A stretch of 64,000 nucleotides of DNA from Bacteroidota bacterium (GTDB lineage: Bacteria > Bacteroidota > Ignavibacteria > UBA10030 > UBA8401): contig DATJQP010000063.1 in NCBI GenBank assembly GCA_035505655.1, positions 34,757-98,756 on the forward strand, read 5' to 3'. Made by a program: the position numbers and the translations under genes. This document shows positions 8,495 to 17,537 of this stretch, in pieces; the first letter of the stretch is position 1; every line of letters starts with the position of its first letter. Below the pieces are notes generated by a model. It made no database searches, had not been told where the DNA came from, and worked only from the letters and a program-made list of their open reading frames with translations.

Positions 8495-9916
8495 CTATTT
8501 TGAGTAGAAGTCGATCATCCTGTTGATTGCGCCGGCGCACACCGGGTCGAAATCCACAAGACTGAGTGAAAACATACGGCAGTCGAGCGACGGGCGGTAG
8601 AACCCCTTCGAACTGTACCCCGCACCTTCGAAAGCCCCGACAACCCCCTTCAAGGAATCTACCGTCAGGGCGCGATGCTCTGCGTCGAGGATCATTTGCC
8701 GCTTTTCGGCATACCCTTTCTCCTCCCGGCGGAGGTTGCCCCGGGCCGCCTCCATACTGTCGTAGAGCTGCTTGTTCCACGGAGTTGGGAGTGGAGTTTT
8801 TGCGTCAACGAGGCCAGCCCATTTCAGCCCTGTCCGCGATACGTCGACGGCAATATTCGGTTCCCATGGCTCGACGCCCTTTGGGTAAAAGTCATTGTAG
8901 GCGACGGACGAGGAGTAGTATTCGTCTCCAAGTCCCGCAAAACAATGGCCGAACTCATGGACGAAGACATAGTCTGCCTGCCATGCCGTCTCCGGTGTCT
9001 CGCCGGTGGCGTAGCACGTGGCGTAGAGCTGGAAAATTCCTCCTCCGCCGTAGCGGCCGACGTTGACGAGGATGAACATGAAGTCGTAGGGTGCAAGGGC
9101 GGCGTAGTCTCTAATTTCCGCGTTGTCGTCCGACAGAACATAGCGGGCCGAGCCGAAACTATTGTATGACGTCCCGAGCGCATTCCCGGTCCAGATGCCG
9201 CGGTCCGGCTGGTTGATCCCCGACCGGCGTGACACCACTTCTATCGCCCGAACGTTGAATTCCTTTTTTCTCGACTTGAACGGTTCCGTCCCGAGAAGCA
9301 CGTTTGTGAAATGCTTCGCGTCCGCCCGGAACTTCGGCATGTCGGCGGCGGAATAGCCGTCGCCGAGAATGACGATGTCTACCTTCGAATGGCTATCACC
9401 ATGCACTTCGATGTCGTCCACCTTTGCTTCCCGACGGCTCGCTTCGCGGCGGACCTCTTCTCCGTTCGGATCAATGACCGCGGAGAAGAGCTCATCAAAC
9501 GCCATCTCTTTGTTCCTGCCGAAGATCCTGAGCTGGACCTTGCCCTTCGGGAAAGGGAACCGGACCGTCTCATGAAATGTCCTCCAGACCCCTGCGAGAG
9601 CCTCGTCGGTCGTCTGCCACTCGTGAAAGAGCGAAGAGAATCCGCGCGAGTAGAGTACCTTGTCCGAGCGGTAGTCTACGACCTCAAAACAATACTCTCC
9701 GAGGTTCAGCGTGTCGAGGAGTTGAGTCGTGCTTCCCGGCCACTCTCCTTCTTCATACATCTTGTCGGAGGTGAATCGTTCTTCGCCCTTCGTCCCGGAA
9801 TGATAGTAGTCAAACCGGAACGTGGAGTCTTTGAAGAAACGGTCGAACTGGCTTTTCGCGTTTGTCGCCGCAAAGAGGACGAGGAGCGACATCAAAAGCA
9901 GACGCAATCGAATCAT
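8495..9916 (-). CDS. Peptidase M64 family (IgA-peptidase-like) zinc metallopeptidase, secreted
   Basis: Signal peptide MIRLRLLLMSLLVLFAATNAKSQ. The HEFGHCFAGLGDEY zinc motif and overall layout fit M64_N plus the M64 catalytic domain. Confidence 0.8.
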   Translation of the reverse strand: MIRLRLLLMSLLVLFAATNAKSQFDRFFKDSTFRFDYYHSGTKGEERFTSDKMYEEGEWPGSTTQLLDTLNLGEYCFEVVDYRSDKVLYSRGFSSLFHEWQTTDEALAGVWRTFHETVRFPFPKGKVQLRIFGRNKEMAFDELFSAVIDPNGEEVRREASRREAKVDDIEVHGDSHSKVDIVILGDGYSAADMPKFRADAKHFTNVLLGTEPFKSRKKEFNVRAIEVVSRRSGINQPDRGIWTGNALGTSYNSFGSARYVLSDDNAEIRDYAALAPYDFMFILVNVGRYGGGGIFQLYATCYATGETPETAWQADYVFVHEFGHCFAGLGDEYYSSSVAYNDFYPKGVEPWEPNIAVDVSRTGLKWAGLVDAKTPLPTPWNKQLYDSMEAARGNLRREEKGYAEKRQMILDAEHRALTVDSLKGVVGAFEGAGYSSKGFYRPSLDCRMFSLSLVDFDPVCAGAINRMIDFYSK

Positions 9917-11889
9917 CGCTTCACCTTTATGAGTCCGGACTGGAGAATACTTCTCGTAGCGTTATCCTGCACGAAGGCCAGCAGGTAGAGCCGGCTTGGG
10001 TCGATCTCCGACTTCCTCTCCTTGAACACTCCTCCCGGATGACCCTCGTTCGCCTCATACTCCGAAAGATACTTGTCAAGTTGATCTTCCACGGAAGAGA
10101 TCTTGAACGCGTCTCTGACGGTGGCTTTTCCGCTTGCCGTGAAGGCGACTCCGCCGGCGCCACGGATCATTTTTCGGACCACAAAACGATGCTCGGAGAT
10201 ACCGTTAAGGCCGGTGTATCGGATCGGATCCTCCAGGAGAACAATCCTGAGGCGGGCAGACTTCCTGGCTTTGAAAATTGTCGCGGAGATCGCGAAGGAG
10301 ATCCGGCCTCGCCTCATTCTGGCCGACATCCGGATACTTGCCTGGGGCGGTTCCAGAAGCGCCTTCTCGATTTGCTCTGCATAGACGGCGAACTTGTACT
10401 TCGCGGATGTCCCCGGTCCGCCGCTTGGGTTCACCTCCGTTCCCTCAATGATGGAGGTCGGAGTACTTCCGACATGGTAAAAGGTTTCCCGCGAGAGATC
10501 ATCTCCGTTCACCAGAGGGTCCGGACGCGGACCATGAAGATTGTACTCTGCAATGACAAGTTCCGATCGGTCGAAACGCTCGAGGAGCTTGTCGTATGCG
10601 ATATCAACCGCCTGGCAGGGGCGTGACTCCGTCCCTGTGAACAATTCAGCAAGAACGACGCGTCGTGCGGAGCCCTCCGTTGACGAAGAGGAACGATCGT
10701 ATTTGTCGGGAAAGAAGTCGATGATCCTTCGCTGGGCCGCGGTGATGAGGGAATCGAGGGAGGAATGAGGAGCGAGATCCTTCTGAAGGAGGGCAAGCGG
10801 CCTCATGATCGACGCCTGCTTTCCTACGGCAGCGGCGTCAAGATAGGTCGCGAACGCCTGATCCTTCTTCCCCTGTTTCTCCTGGCTCGATCCGAGCAGA
10901 GAATACAGCTCGGTTTCGTTTGGTGGGATCGTTCTGGTTGCTTCCGCAAGATACTTTTCAGCTTCGGCGTACTGCTCCCTGTTGTACAGAACGACGCCGA
11001 GAGCGTAAGCCGCGTTGGAGCGGTTTTCGATCGGGCTCTGTTTCACCTGATCGTACGCCTGCCGGGCGAGTTCCTCGGCTTTCGACAAGAGAACGTGGTT
11101 TCTCGCATATTGGGCCGCGACGTAGCTTTTCCCCCGTGCCAGATCATGTTCGCGTGCAAGGTACTCCATGCCGACAGCGCCGAAGAGGCTATCGCGGACT
11201 CGGACGCCGGCGGTTGAGTCTTTGAACGCCCCCCTGACGAGAGAATCGAGTTCGCCGTATTCCAGAACAGGTTGGGTCGAGACAAACCGCGCGTGAACAA
11301 CGCTGCGAAGTCCTGCGAGCTTCTCACCCTGCGCGAGCTGGATTACTCCCAGCTGCTCGTAGTAGTTGCCGTACCTCGCCTCGAACTTCGTCGCAGGAGG
11401 AAGAATCGCCATCGCTCCCGTCTGGGTCGATTCTGCCTCGGCATAGCGCTCAAGCAGATAAAGGATCCAGGCCCGCGTGTAAAGCATGGAAGGATTCGGC
11501 CTGCCGTAACGCTTTTTGTAAAGCGAAATGGAAGAATCGATAAGGACGAGCGCCGTGTCGGGAAACCTTCTCCTTACACCAAGTTCCATCGCCTTATCCT
11601 GGAGCGCTACGCTGAGACTTTGAGAGTCCCTCGATGCCAGGTACTGGTGAAGAGAAAAGAAGGCGGCACTGTCCTGATGCATCGAGAGAAGAAGACTGAA
11701 GCGGGCTCCGTATGCCTCGCCCGCCTTGCCGGTTTGCGGCGATGTTCCGATGAACCTGTTGAGTTCTTCGAGCCGGGCGCTGTCGGACGGAGGGGCGGCG
11801 TTCCGCCCGAGATGTTCCGTTTGTCCGTGGCTGTAGGCCGGAAAGAGAAGAAGAAAGGAGATGAGCAAAACCTGTGGGGGAATTTTCAT
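9913..11889 (-). CDS. Hypothetical secreted protein with TPR-like repeats and a C-terminal thioredoxin-like region carrying a single Cys (TGTESRPC)
   Basis: Start trimmed to the ATG at 11889, which gives the signal peptide MKIPPQVLLISFLLLFPAYSHG. The stop overlaps the M64 start as ATGA, and the start overlaps the MFS stop as ATGA. The central region is helical-repeat-like. Confidence 0.5.
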   Translation of the reverse strand: MKIPPQVLLISFLLLFPAYSHGQTEHLGRNAAPPSDSARLEELNRFIGTSPQTGKAGEAYGARFSLLLSMHQDSAAFFSLHQYLASRDSQSLSVALQDKAMELGVRRRFPDTALVLIDSSISLYKKRYGRPNPSMLYTRAWILYLLERYAEAESTQTGAMAILPPATKFEARYGNYYEQLGVIQLAQGEKLAGLRSVVHARFVSTQPVLEYGELDSLVRGAFKDSTAGVRVRDSLFGAVGMEYLAREHDLARGKSYVAAQYARNHVLLSKAEELARQAYDQVKQSPIENRSNAAYALGVVLYNREQYAEAEKYLAEATRTIPPNETELYSLLGSSQEKQGKKDQAFATYLDAAAVGKQASIMRPLALLQKDLAPHSSLDSLITAAQRRIIDFFPDKYDRSSSSTEGSARRVVLAELFTGTESRPCQAVDIAYDKLLERFDRSELVIAEYNLHGPRPDPLVNGDDLSRETFYHVGSTPTSIIEGTEVNPSGGPGTSAKYKFAVYAEQIEKALLEPPQASIRMSARMRRGRISFAISATIFKARKSARLRIVLLEDPIRYTGLNGISEHRFVVRKMIRGAGGVAFTASGKATVRDAFKISSVEDQLDKYLSEYEANEGHPGGVFKERKSEIDPSRLYLLAFVQDNATRSILQSGLIKVKR

Positions 11890-13145
11890 GCCTGAGTCAT
11901 TGATGATTGAACCATCGTACGTCTTTTGTTCATGACCTTGTACATCGCTCCCCCGGCCACGGCGCAAACGGAACCGCCGACCGCGACCGCGGATCGAACG
12001 CCGACGGCGTCGGCCAAATATCCTATCGCGAGGCTGCCGAACGGAAAGAAACCCTGGAAGACCAGCGCGTAAAGACCCATGACGCGTCCGCGGAGAGCGT
12101 CGGGTGCCGTCGTTTGAAGCGTTGAGTTGGCCGTCGCGAAAAACGAAATCAGTCCCATCCCCACTCCCACGAGGCAGAGCATCGATAAGAGCGCCGAAGT
12201 CGAAACGGAAAAGATGAGGAGCGAGGCTGAAAAAACCGCCAACCCGCCATAGATGAACTTGCGCGGCGGAACGCTCTGCGCAACGGAGGCAACCGTCAAA
12301 GCGCCGATGAGGGCCCCGATACCGTTGGCACTCAGGAGGTTCCCGAGCCCCATCGCCCCGATTCCAAGGATCCTGTCGGCAAAGATCGGAAGCAGCACTG
12401 CGTAGGACCAGCCGAACACGGTCACCACGCCGATGAGCATCATGAGAGCTTCGAGGACTTTCTCCGAGCGGACATACGCCACGCCATCTTTGATCGCACG
12501 GAGAACGGTCGTGTCCTGACCGCCCCGGGGTTTCTCTACGACGTCCATCATGAGGAGCCCGACAATCACCGCAATGAATGACACTCCGTTAAGAAAAAAG
12601 CACCAACCTACTCCGAAGAGTCCGATGATGATCCCTCCGATGGCCGGCCCGAACATACGGGCACCGTTGAATATTGCCGAGTTGAGCGCAATAGCGTTTG
12701 AGAGATCTTTCTTTCCGACCATCTCGACGACAAATGACTGCCGAGTAGGCATGTCAAAAGCATTGACCAGTCCCAGAGTGAAGGCCAGAATTCCAACGAC
12801 CACCGGCGTAATGAGTCCCGACCAGTAGAGCCCCGCAAGGACGAAGGCCTGCACCATCGAGGCAGTCTGGGTCGCGATGATGAGGGGCTTCTTTTTCATC
12901 TTGTCGGCCAGCGTTCCGCCGAACATGGAAAACAGGAGCACCGGGATTGAATTTAGGAAGCCCACCGTTCCGAGCCATACCGCCGAATGAGTCAGCTCGT
13001 AGACGAGCCAGGCCTGGGCGATATTCTGCATCCATGTCCCGATGAGGGACAGGAGCTGACCGAAAAAGAAAAGACGATAATTCCGATGGTGGAGCGACCG
13101 GAACGCCGGAAACGTCATCAGATACCGGAGGAATCGCATGATCAC
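11886..13145 (-). CDS. MFS transporter, putative exporter
   Basis: 12 predicted TM helices; the N-terminus RNYRLFFFGQLLSLIGTWMQNIAQAWLVYELT is typical of MFS_1/EntS-like exporters. The GTG start (13145) overlaps the upstream stop as GTGA; an ATG lies 2 codons in. Confidence 0.85.
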   Translation of the reverse strand: MIMRFLRYLMTFPAFRSLHHRNYRLFFFGQLLSLIGTWMQNIAQAWLVYELTHSAVWLGTVGFLNSIPVLLFSMFGGTLADKMKKKPLIIATQTASMVQAFVLAGLYWSGLITPVVVGILAFTLGLVNAFDMPTRQSFVVEMVGKKDLSNAIALNSAIFNGARMFGPAIGGIIIGLFGVGWCFFLNGVSFIAVIVGLLMMDVVEKPRGGQDTTVLRAIKDGVAYVRSEKVLEALMMLIGVVTVFGWSYAVLLPIFADRILGIGAMGLGNLLSANGIGALIGALTVASVAQSVPPRKFIYGGLAVFSASLLIFSVSTSALLSMLCLVGVGMGLISFFATANSTLQTTAPDALRGRVMGLYALVFQGFFPFGSLAIGYLADAVGVRSAVAVGGSVCAVAGGAMYKVMNKRRTMVQSSMTQA

Positions 13146-14386
13146 GACCGTCGACCAGCCTCGCTCCCCGGCACGATCACTTTCACCGCCTCGACCCTCG
13201 TCTTTGTCGCGCGGACGATCTGAATGTCCAACCTGTTCACTTTGACAGTCTCTCTTTCCGCCGGTATCCGTCCGAGCGTGTGAACGATGAGGCCGGCCAC
13301 CGTTTCGTACGGCCCATCGGGAATCTCCCGGGGGGCAATCGACCTCAGCTTCTCAATCGGGGTTTTCCCGCTCACGAGGTACGCTCCCTCCTGCGTCTTC
13401 ACGATCTCCTCCTCGGACCCCGACTGGTCGTCCGAGATTTCTCCGAGGAACTCCTTGAGGATGTCTTCCGTGGTCACGACACCGGCGGTACCTCCAAACT
13501 CGTCGACGACGACGGCGAGAGAGACCTTCTTTGCGCGGAAGTCACGAAGAAGATCGGAACAGTTTTTCGTCTCCGGAACAAAGACCGTCTCCCTGAGAAT
13601 CTGGCTCAGCGTTCTCGGGAACGCGAAGAAATCCCTCGCGAAGACCACCCCGACGATGTTATCGATCGAGCGCTCGTAGACGAGAAGACGTGAGTAGCCG
13701 CGCTCGGCAAGAACCTGCCAGGCCTGCCGGACAGGGGTCTTGAGGTCGACCGCAACGACATCGGTGCGAGCCTTCATGATGTCCTTTGCAAGAACATCGC
13801 TCAGCGTGATGACCTTGATGAACTTTCTTCCCTCTTCTCTCCCCACCACCCCGACATCTTCACTCTCCTTGAGAAGGAGTTCGAAATCTTTCTTGTGGAG
13901 AAACCTCCCGACCGGCGTTCGTTCGTATCCAAGGACGGAGACGATAAACCTCGATGACTGGTTTGTCACCCAGACAAGGGGCCAGAGGACAAACCGGGTA
14001 GTGTCGAGAAAGAAAGCAGCGTACGAGACCACCGCGTCGGCAACCATCCGGAGGAGCGACTTGGGGATCAGCTCGCCGAAGATGAGGATGACGAATGCGA
14101 CGACGATTGTGATGGGCGTGTCGGTCCAATGGAACAACGACTGTAAAAGAATCGCAGCGGCGGATGAGAAGGCGATGTTGACGATATTGTTTCCGACAAG
14201 AACGGTCGTCAAATATTCTTCCGGCGAATTGGCGAATGCCAACGCAAGGGATGCTCCGAACTTCTTCCCTCTTGCCCGAACCTGTAGCTTGGTCTTGTTG
14301 GCAACAATGAAGACGATCTCAGACGAGGAATAGAGTCCGCTGAAGAGGAGCAGCACCACAAGTAATGTTATCTGCAGAGCCATCAA
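13142..14386 (-). CDS. Hemolysin-family/CNNM protein (DUF21 TM domain, CBS pair, CorC_HlyC)
   Basis: The N-terminal 4-TM DUF21 reads LQITLLVVLLLFSGLYSSSEIVF...NNIVNIA. CBS-type segments and a CorC/HlyC-like C-terminal transporter-associated domain follow. Confidence 0.85.
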   Translation of the reverse strand: MMALQITLLVVLLLFSGLYSSSEIVFIVANKTKLQVRARGKKFGASLALAFANSPEEYLTTVLVGNNIVNIAFSSAAAILLQSLFHWTDTPITIVVAFVILIFGELIPKSLLRMVADAVVSYAAFFLDTTRFVLWPLVWVTNQSSRFIVSVLGYERTPVGRFLHKKDFELLLKESEDVGVVGREEGRKFIKVITLSDVLAKDIMKARTDVVAVDLKTPVRQAWQVLAERGYSRLLVYERSIDNIVGVVFARDFFAFPRTLSQILRETVFVPETKNCSDLLRDFRAKKVSLAVVVDEFGGTAGVVTTEDILKEFLGEISDDQSGSEEEIVKTQEGAYLVSGKTPIEKLRSIAPREIPDGPYETVAGLIVHTLGRIPAERETVKVNRLDIQIVRATKTRVEAVKVIVPGSEAGRRS

Positions 14387-14441
14387 ACCTGACCGACTAT
14401 TCTCAAGGGAGTGATCTCCACGGGCGATGACGTCCTTTCAA

Positions 14442-16019
14442 TTAAACGGTCTTCCGGAAACCGGGCCGAGCTGCGAGCGAAGAAAGGGCCATGGGAACAT
14501 GTTCCAGGATGTCTCCGGCGAGCATTCCCATCTCTCCCCGCTCGTCCCGGGCTAAATCGCCGGCGAGCCCATGGACGTAAACGCCATTGATCGCGGCCTG
14601 AAGCGGTGCATTTCCCTGACCTGCCAATGCCGCAATGATTCCGCCGAGGACATCGCCCGATCCTGCAGTCGCCATGCCGGGGTTTCCCGTCGAATTCACA
14701 AAAACCTCTCCCGAAGGGTCAACGACGAGCGTCGGGGCCCCCTTAAGAACAAGGACGGCACCGGAGTCTTTGGCGTAGGCTCGGGCCAGTTTCAGTTTCG
14801 CCCCCTCTATCTCTTTTGCGGACCGCGATATCATTCTCGAGAATTCGCCGAGATGCGGCGTCAGGACGAGCCTCCCCCTGCGAACGACTTTCGTGCGACG
14901 GAGACCGGAGGCGAAGGCCTGGAGCGCGTCGGCATCGACGACGAGAGTTTTCGTTGCTCTCTCCAGAATAGCTCCGACCAATTTCTGCGTTTCTGCATTC
15001 CGAGACAAGCCCGGTCCTATCAGCGAGATGTCAGCCCACTCCATCCTCTCTTCTATTAGAGAGAGAGCCGTCGCGGCAACGCTCCCCGCGGAGGTAGACG
15101 GAAGCTCCAGCGGCATCACCTCCATTGTTCTTCGCGAGACCGCGGAGAATGCCGATGACGGAACTCCCAGCGCCACCGCTCCCGCACCTGCCTTCATGGC
15201 TGCAAGCGAGGACATGAGGGCAGCACCAGTGAGTCCTTTTGAGCCGGCAAGGACGAAGACCTTTCCGACCGAATGTTTGTGGGCGTTTTTTGGGCGAGCC
15301 GGAAGTGTCCGCGAGACATCCTCACGTTCAACAAGATGAACCCGGACCTGCTTCTCCTCCGCGAGAAACCGCGGAATGTGGATGTCTGCGACCACCACCG
15401 ATCCGCTCAGCACGGGGCCGTGATCAACGAAAAGACCCGGCTTGGGGAATGCCATCGTCACCGTGAGGTCCGCCGATACCGCCGTTTTTCCCGAACGCCC
15501 CGACTCCGCGTCGAGCCCCGAAGGGATGTCGACGGCAACGACAGTCGCATCGCTTTGAGCGTTGATCCAATCGATGACCTTCCTCGGGTTTCCCTTCACA
15601 TCGCCGTGGAACGAGGTTCCAAAGAGCGCGTCGACGATAAACCTATAATTCTTTCGGGGGTATGTCACTGCCCGCAGCGAGGTCTTGATTTCGAGACGTT
15701 TGTCCCGGAGTCCTCGCAGGATCTCGAAATTCGTCTTTGCATCCCCTTTGAGCTCGCCGATTGCCGAAACGAGGAGGAGAGTCACATCCGCCCCGCAGCG
15801 CAATGCATGTCGCGCCGCCACGTACCCGTCTCCCCCGTTGTTTCCTTTCCCCGCCACCACGAGCATCGGAACACCTTCGAGTGATCCGTACCGGCGCACA
15901 AGCTCATCGACGACGCTCCTCCCTGCCTGCTCCATAAGAAGGACTGAAGGAATTCCGCATCGACGGGTGGCAAGCTCGTCGATCCGTCTCATTTGTTCAA
16001 CGCTGACCACCGGTATCAT
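14442..16019 (-). CDS. nnr: Bifunctional NAD(P)H-hydrate epimerase / ADP-dependent dehydratase
   Basis: The YjeF-N domain reads GKGNNGGDGYVAARHL. The C-terminal carbohydrate-kinase-like domain reads GPGLSRNAETQKLV...TPHLGEF...GSGDVLGGIIAAL. Confidence 0.9.
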   Translation of the reverse strand: MIPVVSVEQMRRIDELATRRCGIPSVLLMEQAGRSVVDELVRRYGSLEGVPMLVVAGKGNNGGDGYVAARHALRCGADVTLLLVSAIGELKGDAKTNFEILRGLRDKRLEIKTSLRAVTYPRKNYRFIVDALFGTSFHGDVKGNPRKVIDWINAQSDATVVAVDIPSGLDAESGRSGKTAVSADLTVTMAFPKPGLFVDHGPVLSGSVVVADIHIPRFLAEEKQVRVHLVEREDVSRTLPARPKNAHKHSVGKVFVLAGSKGLTGAALMSSLAAMKAGAGAVALGVPSSAFSAVSRRTMEVMPLELPSTSAGSVAATALSLIEERMEWADISLIGPGLSRNAETQKLVGAILERATKTLVVDADALQAFASGLRRTKVVRRGRLVLTPHLGEFSRMISRSAKEIEGAKLKLARAYAKDSGAVLVLKGAPTLVVDPSGEVFVNSTGNPGMATAGSGDVLGGIIAALAGQGNAPLQAAINGVYVHGLAGDLARDERGEMGMLAGDILEHVPMALSSLAARPGFRKTV

Positions 16020-16092
16020 TATGCCACCAAAAAAGAAAACCGTCCATTGTTCCGCGCGGGGGGAATGGACGGCGATTCCGTAAGCCCTGCCC

Positions 16093-17517
16093 TCAGAATA
16101 GTAGGCGCGTGACGTTCAACACGAGGGATGGGAGAACGCCGAGGATGAGGATTCCCGCGACCGAAATCCCCAGCGAGGTCATCGCGAGGGGGGCGACGCG
16201 AGGAACCGTCCCGGATTCGCCGCCGCGGAAATACATCACCACGACCACACGGAGATAATAATATGCCGAGATGAGGCTTGTGACCACTCCGAGGATTGCA
16301 AGCCACGTGAGGTTTGACTGCACCGCGCTGGTAAAGAGATAGTACTTGCCGATAAAGCCGGAGAAGGGCGGCATCCCTGTCAGCGAAAACATGAAGCACG
16401 ACATCATCGCGGCGAGCGCCGGCCTCCGTGCGCCGAGTCCTGCGTAATCCTCGTACGACACGCGTCCTCCGTTCTCATCCTCCAGAATGCTGATGACGCC
16501 AAAGGCGCCGAGGGTCGTGAGGGCGTACGACACGAGGTAGAAGAGAATTCCCTGCTCGCCGACAGACTGGCCGGATGCGATCCCGATCAGCATGTAACCG
16601 GCGTGTGCGATGCTTGAGTATGCAAGCATTCGTTTCAGGTTGGTCTGGGCGAGTCCCAGCACATTGCCGACGATCATCGATCCTGCCGCGAGGAGCGCCA
16701 CCAGCACTCCGAGGCGCTCATCGTGCTGCGACATCGGGATCGCGAAGACAAGAACGAAGGCGGAAAAGGCCGCTGCCTTCCCTCCAGTGGCCATCAGACC
16801 CGAGACCGTCGTGGGAGATCCCTCATAGACGTCGGGGGCCCACATGTGAAACGGAAACGCCGCCACTTTGAAGCCGAACCCGATGAGGAGAAGACCGAAG
16901 CCGGCGGCGCACCACGGGTTTCCGGCGAGGCGCGGGTACTCGATGGCAAGACGCATGAGGCTCGTCGTCCCGGAACATCCGTAGATGAGCGCAATCCCGT
17001 AAAGAAGAAAGCCGGTTGCGAATGCGCCGAGCAGGAAGTACTTCATCGCAGCTTCATTCGAGGTGCCGCGGGTCCGCATGAACCCCGCGAGGACGTAGAA
17101 ACTCACCGACATGAGCTCAAGGCCGAGAAAGATCGTGATGAGATCGGCGGCGGAGCTCATGAGCATCATGCCGATGACCGCGAAAAGGACGAGCGCATAG
17201 AATTCGCGGAAGTGCAGGCCGACTTTCTTCAAGTAGGTCACGGAATGCATGATCGTGAGGAGCGCGATGACGAGGAAGACGGTGTCGAAGAAACTGGCGA
17301 AGCCTCCCACAATCGTCATATCGCTGAAAGCGGTGGTGCTGCGCGGAAAGGTCCACACCGCGGCGGCGAGGCCGGCGAAGATCCCCGCGACGCTGACCGT
17401 CGTAATGAGTTTCTCCCCTTTCGGCACGGCCGCCTTGATCACGAGGACCGCAAGGGCCGTGAGAGACAGAATGAGGATGGGGGAAACCCCTTCGATATCA
17501 GAATAGACAAACACCAT
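16093..17517 (-). CDS. nuoN: NADH-quinone oxidoreductase subunit N
   Basis: 14-TM antiporter-like subunit with NuoN-type motifs such as MLAYSSIAHAGYMLIG. Confidence 0.9.
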   Translation of the reverse strand: MVFVYSDIEGVSPILILSLTALAVLVIKAAVPKGEKLITTVSVAGIFAGLAAAVWTFPRSTTAFSDMTIVGGFASFFDTVFLVIALLTIMHSVTYLKKVGLHFREFYALVLFAVIGMMLMSSAADLITIFLGLELMSVSFYVLAGFMRTRGTSNEAAMKYFLLGAFATGFLLYGIALIYGCSGTTSLMRLAIEYPRLAGNPWCAAGFGLLLIGFGFKVAAFPFHMWAPDVYEGSPTTVSGLMATGGKAAAFSAFVLVFAIPMSQHDERLGVLVALLAAGSMIVGNVLGLAQTNLKRMLAYSSIAHAGYMLIGIASGQSVGEQGILFYLVSYALTTLGAFGVISILEDENGGRVSYEDYAGLGARRPALAAMMSCFMFSLTGMPPFSGFIGKYYLFTSAVQSNLTWLAILGVVTSLISAYYYLRVVVVMYFRGGESGTVPRVAPLAMTSLGISVAGILILGVLPSLVLNVTRLLF

Positions 17518-17537
17518 TCGGTGTGCCTCGAGTGATT

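Noticed and set aside
8460-8780. 107-codon 5' extension of the carbamoyltransferase ORF in the track (similarly 28642..28935 for yjjX, 23350..23520 for nuoJ, 11890..11967 for the TPR protein)
   Set aside because: Homologous families start at the internal Met (MDILGISAYYHD; MIVLIAS...; MIFDQVGFF; signal peptide MKIPPQ...). The extensions overlap the 3' ends of upstream genes or promoter DNA.
16723-17535. 270-aa Arg/Glu/Asp-rich +strand ORF
   Set aside because: It is antisense to nuoN; the low-complexity charged composition reflects the G/C-rich third positions of the real gene.
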